A stretch of 32,000 nucleotides of DNA from Ruminococcus albus 7 = DSM 20455 (GTDB lineage Bacteria; Bacillota; Clostridia; Oscillospirales; Ruminococcaceae): positions 1,920,001 to 1,952,000 of the forward strand of contig NC_014833.1 of the NCBI RefSeq assembly GCF_000179635.2. Direction: 5' to 3'. The position numbers were made by a program, and so were the translations under genes. Shown here piece by piece: positions 10,170 through 17,893 of this stretch. Under the pieces are notes generated by a model. That model saw nothing but the letters and a program-made list of their open reading frames with translations. It did no database searches and was not told where the DNA came from. Positions within the stretch are counted from its first letter, which is position 1; each line of letters begins with the position of its first letter.

Positions 10170-11508
10170 TCTTATAGATCTGGAGATAACCGATATCTCA
10201 AATGATGGTAACGGTGTCGGGCATTATAACGGTATCGCGGTATTTGTTCCCGCTGTAGCGGTGGGAGATGTGATCGAATGCCGCATTGTCAAGGTGAGAA
10301 GCTCTTTTTGTTACGGCAGAACAGAAAAGCTGAAACATCCGTCACAGGACAGGGTAGAGTCTGATTGCCCTGTAAGCAAACACTGCGGCGGCTGCTCATT
10401 CAGGCATATCAGCTATGAGGCTGAGTGTCGTGCAAAGGATAAATTCATACGTGATTCTTTTGACAGAATCGGTAAACTGTCCCCCGAATATATGGAGTTC
10501 TGCGGCTGTAAAGATACAGACCTTTATAGGAATAAGGCACAGTATCCTGTTGCCGACGATAATGGCAAAGCTGTCTGTGGATTTTATGCAAAACGTTCAC
10601 ACCGCGTTGTTGAGTATACACGTTGCAGACTTCAGCCTGTTATATTCTCAGAAATAGTTGAGTTCATCATGGGATACGTAAATGATCGGCATATCCCTGC
10701 TTATAATGAGATATCCCTAACAGGTCTGTTGCGGCACATTTACCTCAGACGTGGTGCTTACTCAGGAGAGATAATGGTCTGTCTTGTAGTGACAGATCTT
10801 AAAAAGGCTTCTGTTTTTGATAAGCTTGCAATACTTCTGAAAGAGAAGTTTTCTGATATAAGGACGGTAGTACTGAACGAAAATCCTAAAAATACAAACG
10901 TTATCCTCGGCAGCAGGATGAAAGCCATTGTAGGTGACGGTACGATAAATGACACCATGTGTGGGAATAATATCTCCATATCGCCTCTGTCTTTTTACCA
11001 GGTGAATACTCATCAGGCGGAACTCCTTTACAAAAAAGCAGGTGAGTTTGCACAGCTTTCTCATGATTCCACACTGCTTGACCTCTATTGCGGAACTGGA
11101 ACTATTGGACTTTCTATGGCGAGACAGGTCAAGAAGCTTATCGGCGTAGAGGTCATCCAGGCTGCTATTGATAATGCTAAAGCTAATGCAAAGGCTAATG
11201 ATATAACTAACACAGAGTTCATCTGCGGTGATGCGGGCAAGATAGCTCAGGTCCTGTATGAACGCGGCGAACGTCCCGATGTTATTATTGCAGATCCTGC
11301 TCGTAAAGGCTGTGACAGGGCTTCACTTGAATATATGGCTAAGATGTCCCCGGACAGGATCGTGATGATCTCATGCAACCACACCACTGCAGCACGCGAC
11401 TGCGCTATCCTTGCTGAGCTTGGTTACACCTGCGATAAAGTCATGGGGTTCGATCTTTTCCCAAGGACAAGCCATGTCGAGACTGTCGTTCTGCTGTCAA
11501 GGAAATGA
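10147..11508 (+). CDS. rlmD: 23S rRNA (uracil-C5)-methyltransferase RlmD/RumA
   Basis: It has an N-terminal TRAM domain (DGNGVGHYNGIAVFVPAVAVGDVIECRIVK), a 4-Cys cluster (CPVSKHCGGCSF), the SAM motif LLDLYCGTGTIG, and the C-terminal end PRTSHVETVVLLSRK. I prefer the ATG at 10147 (GAGGA 5 nt upstream) to the TTG at 10135 in the ORF track. Confidence 0.88.
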   Translation: MEDLKKNDLIDLEITDISNDGNGVGHYNGIAVFVPAVAVGDVIECRIVKVRSSFCYGRTEKLKHPSQDRVESDCPVSKHCGGCSFRHISYEAECRAKDKFIRDSFDRIGKLSPEYMEFCGCKDTDLYRNKAQYPVADDNGKAVCGFYAKRSHRVVEYTRCRLQPVIFSEIVEFIMGYVNDRHIPAYNEISLTGLLRHIYLRRGAYSGEIMVCLVVTDLKKASVFDKLAILLKEKFSDIRTVVLNENPKNTNVILGSRMKAIVGDGTINDTMCGNNISISPLSFYQVNTHQAELLYKKAGEFAQLSHDSTLLDLYCGTGTIGLSMARQVKKLIGVEVIQAAIDNAKANAKANDITNTEFICGDAGKIAQVLYERGERPDVIIADPARKGCDRASLEYMAKMSPDRIVMISCNHTTAARDCAILAELGYTCDKVMGFDLFPRTSHVETVVLLSRK

Positions 11509-11663
11509 GGACGAGGTGCTGAAAAGTGCTTGAAATCAGGGCATTTGCGGGTTTAGACCGTCTGTCGGAGCGTAGATAAGTTTCCACAGAGCGAGAGAGC
11601 AAAATCGAGGAAATCCGCTGCTGTAACTGTAGTTTCGCTGTCCGAAACTTAGGAGGTATTTTC

Positions 11664-12701
11664 ATGTTTACAATCAATGTTGATGATATTAACAGCATCC
11701 TTCAGGATTTTGGAATAAGAAGCAAATGCGTCTCTTTTAGCGAATTACAAAGATATCATTATGAAAAAGATGATCCAGCATCTAAAGAGGTCCGACTGAT
11801 TATTAAAGCTCAACTGGAAGATTCTCATTCGCTTGTTATTCGATTTAAGAATGAATCGGATGCACCTATTGAGACGATAGAAGCTCAGAGCCGGTTTGCA
11901 GATTTATTGAAGGTGCATGGGATTCAAACGCCGAATGCCTATGCTTCAAAAGGGTTTTATGCACGCCAATACCAAATATACGGATATGATGTAGTGGTTA
12001 CGGTTGAGGATTTCGTTTGTGGGGAAATTCATCTTGTTAATGTCGAAATAGCAGAGAAGACCGGTAAGCTGCTTGCCAGAATGCATAATATAGCTGAGAC
12101 CGAGGATTTTCATGTTCAATCTGAGGTGCTGTTTAATCCGCTGAAAAGCAATGATCTATTTGATTTTGAAGCGTTTGCTGCAAACAAAAATAAACTTATT
12201 GAAATTGATGAGGATTTATATTGCAAAATCTGTCAGGAACATGAGCTACTCCTACAAAAAATAACCGCTTTTGAAAAAGATCCGAGTTACGCTGTTCAAG
12301 GTGATTTAAGTGATTGCAACCTTTATATGACCCGAACCGGGGAGATCGGCGTATTTGACTTTAACCGCTGCGGGGATAATAACCTGTATTTTGATGCAGT
12401 AATGCAGGCTCTTTTTATAGCTCGGCTGATGGATTATCCGGAAATAATAGCTGGCAATCATGAACAGATGATCTTGAGGGGGTTTCTGAAAGGCTATCAT
12501 CAGGAGCGTCCGTTTACAGAGCGGCAGAAGGAAGTGTATCCATATCTGTATGCGATCATATCTGCCTTTTGGCTGGGCGATATGAAATTCAACAACGATA
12601 GTTTGGAAAACGCGATCAAAGAAGATGATTTCTCTGCGATTCATCATTGGATGGAGACGATCTTGGAGCGAGCTCGCTTACGTCAGCTTATGCCAATATA
12701 A
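11664..12701 (+). CDS. Phosphotransferase-family (APH/CotS/choline-kinase fold) kinase-like protein; substrate unknown
   Basis: 345 aa with AGGAGG RBS 7 nt upstream. The catalytic-loop-like VQGDLSDCNLYM matches the (H)GDxxxxN pattern. The metal-binding GVFDFNRCGDNNLYFD matches the DFxxxxxGDxxxD pattern. Confidence 0.7.
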   Translation: MFTINVDDINSILQDFGIRSKCVSFSELQRYHYEKDDPASKEVRLIIKAQLEDSHSLVIRFKNESDAPIETIEAQSRFADLLKVHGIQTPNAYASKGFYARQYQIYGYDVVVTVEDFVCGEIHLVNVEIAEKTGKLLARMHNIAETEDFHVQSEVLFNPLKSNDLFDFEAFAANKNKLIEIDEDLYCKICQEHELLLQKITAFEKDPSYAVQGDLSDCNLYMTRTGEIGVFDFNRCGDNNLYFDAVMQALFIARLMDYPEIIAGNHEQMILRGFLKGYHQERPFTERQKEVYPYLYAIISAFWLGDMKFNNDSLENAIKEDDFSAIHHWMETILERARLRQLMPI

Positions 12702-12744
12702 TTACAGAATTACAACCACATAACACGGCTCCACACTGCCATCA

Positions 12745-12898
12745 TCGGCGGCGGGGAAAACGGTTCGGAGATATGTTTCTCTGAACGCACACAGGCGGTT
12801 GGCTTATTTCCTTGAACGGTCGGGGCATATCAGATACGGATACGAGAGTCCCGAGGCACGTGGAGTGCGTGGTGTTGATGTCAAAGCAGAAATCCTGA
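12745..12898 (+). pseudogene. Decayed remnant of the last ~50 codons of a RumA/RlmD-type methyltransferase gene
   Basis: One frame (12848-12898) reads VPRHVECVVLMSKQKS*, compared with PRTSHVETVVLLSRK* at the end of the intact rlmD. The adjacent frame upstream (12766-12849) reads RRYVSLNAHRRLAYFLERSGHIRYGYES, compared with IVMISCNHTTAARDCAILAELGY. Homology needs one frameshift and a deletion of about 10 codons. The segment is visibly GC-richer than its surroundings. Confidence 0.5.
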
Positions 12899-12997
12899 AA
12901 CGGCGAAAGACGCAGAAAACTAACTGATCTATAATTGCAATTCGGGTAGTTCAAAAATCGCGCTCAGTGTGTGGAAAAGTTGTAATGGAGGAATAAA

Positions 12998-13354
12998 ATG
13001 AAATATATCAGTATTCTCGGCGACAAGAATTTGATGCTTACAAGCATTCAAAAGATGAAACATCCCAGCGCCACCAAAACTTATAAAGTGTCAGTCGATC
13101 GCTTCTGCGTTGAATTTACTGATGGGCATATCTTTTTTGATTACGACACGGATTTATCAGATTGGGAAGATGCGATTGAAAAGTTGCCTTTTCAGGCGGC
13201 AGCGGTCATCATGATCGTTTATCAGAATTCCGCAAACGTCCGTCATGTAATAAGGCAACAGGATTTTCCGCAGAATGTATATGTAGATAACGATTTTGGC
13301 GTATTGCTTCCCCTTCACGAATACATAGCGGCTGGAATGCCGATGGAAGAATAA
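12998..13354 (+). CDS. Hypothetical protein, 118 aa
   Basis: GGAGG RBS lies 8 nt upstream and a hairpin terminator follows directly. No recognisable motif, signal peptide or TM segment. Confidence 0.6.
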   Translation: MKYISILGDKNLMLTSIQKMKHPSATKTYKVSVDRFCVEFTDGHIFFDYDTDLSDWEDAIEKLPFQAAAVIMIVYQNSANVRHVIRQQDFPQNVYVDNDFGVLLPLHEYIAAGMPMEE

Positions 13355-13357
13355 ACA

Positions 13358-13404
13358 AAAACCCCCGCACCAATGAATCACCAGTGATGCGGGGTTCGTT
13401 TTAT
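13358..13404. terminator. Bidirectional terminator between convergent genes
   Basis: CCCCGCA (13363-13369) pairs with TGCGGGG (13388-13394). It is flanked by an A-run on the left and TTCGTTTTATT on the right. Confidence 0.55.
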
Positions 13405-14276
13405 TCTTTGGAACTATCTATTATCTGCGACCCTTTTTTCTGTCCGGGGGCGAGTAGCTCCAGCTTGTCTGAGGCATAGTAGGTGTAACCTTTATCGGTG
13501 CAGTAACGGTCTATTTTTTTTATAAGTTCACTGTCTGTGGTGTATTCAAGCAGATATACATCCTTGCCGTAACTGCTGACCATTTCAGCGTAATCCTGAA
13601 AATATTCCCTTTCTGTATCTTCATTAGCAGTGAATGTTTCATCATCCCAGTTTATTTTGCTGAATATCGTTTCTTGATTTTCAGCATCCATAATGCTGTC
13701 AAGCTCGGAATTACGCTTGGCATATTCATTAACGTATTCATCACCGCCGTTTATGATAACGTATGTGTTCAGATCTTTAAAACCTTTGAGTATGTTCGTC
13801 ACTCCGTTGAACATCTCATCGGTAGGGTAGTGATAATAAACATCGGTGTTATCAACGAAAAGTCCGTCCACACCTTTGTCGATCATGCTGACGGCAAGAT
13901 CATTCACCACGAATTCCTGCCATTCTTTTTGTGAAACATCTACCCACTTTTCCTCTTCCCAGTTTTCGTAGACATCCAGAGTAAATCGTTCATAGTCCTT
14001 GTAATACGGGCGGAAATCTTCTACCGATCCCAGATTGATGTAGCTGTAAACTGTATGACCGGAATCTTTAAGCTCTCTGATCTCATCGGCAGAAAAATAC
14101 TGTGCGTCTATTACGATCTTTTCATAAGCCTCCATCAGCGGCATATCTTCGGGTGAAGCTCCTAAAAATACACCGTAGCGGTATTTTATCCCGCTGCTCC
14201 CGGAACAGCCCGATGAAGTCATCAAAGCCGCTGCGCATATCAATGTAATGGTGACCGTTTTAAAGATAGACTTCAT
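13401..14276 (-). CDS. Lipoprotein, GH114-like (TM1410-like, endo-alpha-1,4-polygalactosaminidase family) putative glycoside hydrolase
   Basis: 291 aa with a signal peptide and lipobox-like MTSSGC. The pattern VIDAQYFSADEIRELKDSGHTVYSYINLGSVEDFRPYY...NWEEEKWVDV...KGVDGLFVDNTDVYY matches the Glyco_hydro_114 signature as I remember it. Confidence 0.6.
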   Translation of the reverse strand: MKSIFKTVTITLICAAALMTSSGCSGSSGIKYRYGVFLGASPEDMPLMEAYEKIVIDAQYFSADEIRELKDSGHTVYSYINLGSVEDFRPYYKDYERFTLDVYENWEEEKWVDVSQKEWQEFVVNDLAVSMIDKGVDGLFVDNTDVYYHYPTDEMFNGVTNILKGFKDLNTYVIINGGDEYVNEYAKRNSELDSIMDAENQETIFSKINWDDETFTANEDTEREYFQDYAEMVSSYGKDVYLLEYTTDSELIKKIDRYCTDKGYTYYASDKLELLAPGQKKGSQIIDSSKE

Positions 14277-14566
14277 TACATACCAATCTCCTTACGGATC
14301 TCTTTGAAATGCTCAAACTCCTTGGTGAGATCAGCTATGCAGGCTTCAAGACCTTCAGCTGAGTATTCCTCGGAATACTGTGCAACAAGCTCTTCAGCCA
14401 GATCAAAGCATTTTTTGCCGTACCACACATCTACTTTCAATTCGCTTTTTTCGTCTGATTTTTTTGGCGTTATGCGATAGTTGAAATTTGTATAAAGGCT
14501 GCCTGTCCATATATTTTTCTCCTGAAAAAAATAGAAAGTTGGCAGATCGAAATATCCGTGAAGCAT
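14276..14566 (-). CDS. Hypothetical small cytoplasmic protein, translationally coupled to the GH114-like gene
   Basis: I prefer the ATG at 14566 (GGAGG 7 nt upstream) to the ORF-track start at 14599. Its stop overlaps the downstream ATG by 1 nt (TAATG). Confidence 0.6.
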   Translation of the reverse strand: MLHGYFDLPTFYFFQEKNIWTGSLYTNFNYRITPKKSDEKSELKVDVWYGKKCFDLAEELVAQYSEEYSAEGLEACIADLTKEFEHFKEIRKEIGM

Positions 14567-14825
14567 AAATAACCTCCTGATCATTGATAATAATATCATA
14601 TCATAATTTGCCGAAAAAGTAAATACAAGTTTGGTTAATTTTTCTGATCTGTCTTTTTGTTGTTATAATATCGAAGTTGATATTTTTCATTGCTATTTTC
14701 TTATGGATATATCTTTACTGCTTATGTGCGAAAATAATTTAAATTTGTTGTATGGTGTCTTTACTTTTTCCATTTGATGTGTTATAATAATAAAGATATA
14801 TTATAGCGGAAAGGGGATTGGCTTC

Positions 14826-15848
14826 ATGAGGTTAATAGTTGCAGCGGCTGCTATGGCGGCAGTCATGCTTTGCGGATGTACGGTAACTCCGCAGGCTGAA
14901 AAAAATAACAGCAACAAGCCCGTGGCAAGAGAGTATGAGGAAAAAGAGGCAGTTGTTCCCGAGTTGCTCACCGCTCATATTGATGCTGATGATAAAGAAT
15001 TCAGCGCAGGAGGACCATTGGTATACAATGACTTTTCTGTTGGCGATGATTTTAATTTTCTTGACTCTACTGTGAACGAGCGTCAGGATGTATGGACATA
15101 TAACTACTGGGGCGTTTATGACGAGAATGATGAAAAGTACCGTGATCTTAGTTTCTTTCATCGTACCCCTTATGAATGTACTCCCTATGATATCGAAGAA
15201 TACTACGGCGGCAAGTCAAAACCAGTTTCGGAAGATGATGATAAATTGTGGCAGCTTGCAAGTCTTGTAGATAATACTCCCTTCCTGATAAATATATCTC
15301 ACGCAGAGCATTATTTCGATTATAAGTATCCTTTCCCTGAGGACTCCGGCAGACTTGGACAGTATGCAGGTCTGCGGTTCTATTTTGATGGCAAGGGACA
15401 GATGGTACTGGCAGTGATGTATCTCAATGATGATCTTATGCCCCTTTGTCAGGTGGACAGGGATTCGTATACTTTCAGGGAAAATTATGAAAAGTATTCA
15501 CCTGAAGGTTGCACCCTTGTTCCTAAAGTAATGCTGAAAGGCATGGAAAGCTGGCAGCAGCTTCCTGCCGATGAAGCTTATCCTGTGCTGACATTTTCTG
15601 AGGATACTGTAAAAGTCAGCTGCCGCAGGTTGGACGGAGGTTCCGCTGACGGTGAAGGAGTACTGAAAAGCGGTACGAAGATGGCATATACAGAAACTAC
15701 TGATTCGGTAGAGTTTGACCTGCCTTCAGACGGTGACAGCTTGACAACATATCTTTCCTACAACCGTTATCTTGATGCCTATGAACTGCACGATCCCTAC
15801 TGGAGCGGCAAATACGGTTGTACTTTGCTTATGTGCAGGGCTAAATAA
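14826..15848 (+). CDS. Putative lipoprotein, function unknown
   Basis: 340 aa. It has a signal peptide with lipobox MLCGC and AAAGGGGA RBS. A TGTTATAAT extended -10 lies upstream. Confidence 0.7.
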   Translation: MRLIVAAAAMAAVMLCGCTVTPQAEKNNSNKPVAREYEEKEAVVPELLTAHIDADDKEFSAGGPLVYNDFSVGDDFNFLDSTVNERQDVWTYNYWGVYDENDEKYRDLSFFHRTPYECTPYDIEEYYGGKSKPVSEDDDKLWQLASLVDNTPFLINISHAEHYFDYKYPFPEDSGRLGQYAGLRFYFDGKGQMVLAVMYLNDDLMPLCQVDRDSYTFRENYEKYSPEGCTLVPKVMLKGMESWQQLPADEAYPVLTFSEDTVKVSCRRLDGGSADGEGVLKSGTKMAYTETTDSVEFDLPSDGDSLTTYLSYNRYLDAYELHDPYWSGKYGCTLLMCRAK

Positions 15849-15871
15849 GTACAGAGAGCTGATAATGATCT

Positions 15872-16873
15872 ATGAAGAACAACGAACTGAAAAAAATAAT
15901 GAATGACAATCGCAACGATATCGCCAAAGCATCAAGGTTGTTGGTAGGTATAGTATTGGGTGCGGTAATTATAATAGGTGTGGTATTTTATGGGATAGCA
16001 CCTAAGGCGAAAAAATCTGATAAGAGTAACAAGGATCCTGTGCCTGCATCGGGTATCAATGATATAGATGCTGATACCACGCAGAACGATGATAGTTCCG
16101 AGTGGATGGATGAACGAGAAATACCCATAGGGCATTTGTATCGGGTCTCTGAAGATACTGCTGTGACAGACAAAGGCGGCAGCTATCTTGGTGAAGCCGG
16201 AGAGGGAGAACTATTTTCTTCATACGATGTGCTGGATATTTCTCAGTTTGGTACAGGTAAGCAGATAGAAGTTGATTTCCTTTCTAAGCGCGGATATATC
16301 TCTGCTGATGATCTTGAAGAGGTAGGTGCTGCAAATGTGCTGCCGACAGCAGGAAACAGTATCGGTAATGACGAATACGGCGGATCATTTCCTGGTGATG
16401 CCAAGGACAGTGGTTTTATCGCGGCTGCGGCACTTGTCAATAGCCAGAAGTTTTATAGCTGGGATAAGTATGAACTTAAAAAAGCTGCAGGTACTCTCGG
16501 TACAGGAGATGACTTGGTAAAGCTTATAGATGAATATTCTGGCGGTGATCTTATTGCAGAAAAAAGTACCGATATAAGTGAAGATGCACTGGTCGCAAGC
16601 ATAGATGAGGGCAAACGTATACTTTTATCAGTACGTTACTATGACGGTATTGCTGATTTTGATCATAGTGATTATTATGGAATAGATTCAGCAACGCAGT
16701 ACATAGTAGTCTGTGGATATGAAATAGAGGAATCGGGCGATATACTGTTTTACTGCTGTGATCCGTTTTATGGTCAAAACGGCAAAAGTCTGACTTCAGT
16801 TGACAGTGAAACTCTTGTGACTTCGGCAGGTCTTGTCGATGATGAACAAAAAGGTATGATCATTCTCAGATAA
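15872..16873 (+). CDS. N-terminally membrane-anchored protein with an SH3b-like segment and a C39-like (papain-fold) C-terminal region
   Basis: 333 aa with a single TM (LLVGIVLGAVIIIGVVFYGIA). The C-terminal pattern SGFIAAAALVN ... QYIVVCGYE ... CCDPFYG resembles CGPxxxxMVL ... HyVVxxGY ... DP of peptidase C39-like domains, but Ser and Gln sit at the Cys and His positions. Confidence 0.55.
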   Translation: MKNNELKKIMNDNRNDIAKASRLLVGIVLGAVIIIGVVFYGIAPKAKKSDKSNKDPVPASGINDIDADTTQNDDSSEWMDEREIPIGHLYRVSEDTAVTDKGGSYLGEAGEGELFSSYDVLDISQFGTGKQIEVDFLSKRGYISADDLEEVGAANVLPTAGNSIGNDEYGGSFPGDAKDSGFIAAAALVNSQKFYSWDKYELKKAAGTLGTGDDLVKLIDEYSGGDLIAEKSTDISEDALVASIDEGKRILLSVRYYDGIADFDHSDYYGIDSATQYIVVCGYEIEESGDILFYCCDPFYGQNGKSLTSVDSETLVTSAGLVDDEQKGMIILR

Positions 16874-16878
16874 ATTAT

Positions 16879-16914
16879 AAAGCTGTCCGTTTATGGTTAA
16901 CGGACAGCTTTTTA
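16879..16914. terminator. Bidirectional rho-independent terminator
   Basis: AAGCTGTCCGTT (16880-16891) pairs with AACGGACAGCTT (16899-16910) across a 7-nt loop, followed by TTTT. Confidence 0.8.
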
Positions 16915-17175
16915 TAACAGGAGATAAGCAAGTCCCAGCAGAAGTTTTATGTCTGCGCCCTGCTTGTACAGAATAAATATCAGAAGGGCGATCAGTGCCT
17001 TTTCTTCATCTATTTTTATATGCCCTAGTATATCGCTGACAGAAGTATCCTTATTATTAATCGTTTTGGGAGAGCTTTCCTTGCTGACAGCATCCCGGGA
17101 TCGGCGTTGCATCTCCATTACTCGCCGCATGGCATCCTCCTGCATTTTACTGAAATTGTTGTCAGATGTTGTCAA
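16912..17175 (-). CDS. Small protein with a hydrophobic C-terminus, function unknown
   Basis: 87 aa. The TTG start has a strong GGAGGA 7 nt upstream and overlaps the upstream gene by 14 nt. The C-terminal ALIALLIFILY...LLLGLAYLLL looks like a membrane anchor. Confidence 0.6.
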   Translation of the reverse strand: MTTSDNNFSKMQEDAMRRVMEMQRRSRDAVSKESSPKTINNKDTSVSDILGHIKIDEEKALIALLIFILYKQGADIKLLLGLAYLLL

Positions 17176-17503
17176 GTAGACTTCCTCCTATCCCGCTCTG
17201 TTTGAGGGCGGGATAAATATTCATAAGACGGTACAGCTTGATTACCATGTCAAGCTTTTTTCTTGTATCTTCTTTCAAAAGGGGACGCAGTGCCGACATC
17301 AGGCGGATATTGTTATCGTCCTGTGATGCTGTCTGTAATACTTGACTGATCTCTACGAGCTTTACAGGATCTATGCCTGATTCAGTTCGCATTTCATGTT
17401 CTTCATGTTCTCCGTTACTGAGCATACCTGCCAGTTCCCGAAGTTGTTTCATGCTTTCTTCATCATTCAGGACATTCTGTATTTTGTTCATCATATCTTC
17501 CAT
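17162..17503 (-). CDS. Small acidic/helical protein, function unknown
   Basis: 113 aa with AAAGGGG RBS. No recognisable catalytic motif. Confidence 0.6.
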   Translation of the reverse strand: MEDMMNKIQNVLNDEESMKQLRELAGMLSNGEHEEHEMRTESGIDPVKLVEISQVLQTASQDDNNIRLMSALRPLLKEDTRKKLDMVIKLYRLMNIYPALKQSGIGGSLLDNI

Positions 17504-17534
17504 ACCGTATACCCCTTTTCTGAAAAGTAAGGTG

Positions 17535-17783
17535 TTATTTTCCTGATAGCTTTCGCATAATTGCCTGTGCCTGAGGACTTTCTATCAGTTTTTTACAGGC
17601 AGCTTTGTCCGCCAGTGTTTTACTTATCATCTGTCTGTTGGCTGTCGGCATATTTTTCAGTGCAGCATTCAACTCACCATTTTCCAGTTGTTTTGCCAGG
17701 ATTTCAGGGGTGGTACCAAGTTTTTTTGCTGCTTCTTCCAGCAGATTTCGCATATTGTCAGATGAAGGTTTTTGTCCGTTCAT
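17535..17783 (-). CDS. Small helical protein, function unknown
   Basis: 82 aa with AGGAGG RBS 7 nt upstream. It is the first gene of a three-gene small-protein operon. Confidence 0.6.
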   Translation of the reverse strand: MNGQKPSSDNMRNLLEEAAKKLGTTPEILAKQLENGELNAALKNMPTANRQMISKTLADKAACKKLIESPQAQAIMRKLSGK

Positions 17784-17893
17784 TGTATTTCCTCCTTAAG
17801 AAATTGTAAATATTCACATTATTGCATTATTTCTCTTGATTTTTTTTCAGAAATGTGCTATAATTAATTATCGGGATGGGGGGATTTCTGTTT

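Noticed and set aside
10415-11064. 80-aa + strand and 73/100-aa - strand ORFs inside rlmD
   Set aside because: They are alternative frames or antisense to a gene with clear TRAM, 4-Cys and SAM motifs.
11505-11522. 5-codon ORF (MRTRC*) overlapping the rlmD stop, as a possible attenuation leader peptide for the APH-like gene
   Set aside because: It has no RBS of its own, and I could not find alternative terminator/antiterminator structures downstream. It is likely coincidental.
12742-12954. 70-aa - strand ORF in the GC-rich segment downstream of the APH-like gene
   Set aside because: It has no RBS and lies antisense to the rumA-like remnant. The long open frame is better explained by the GC-rich pseudogene.
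12731-12974. Short imperfect inverted repeat CCACACTG ... CAGTGTGTGG flanking the GC-rich remnant (possible MITE-like ends)
   Set aside because: Only 8 bp match with an indel, and I could see no target-site duplication. This is compatible with chance.
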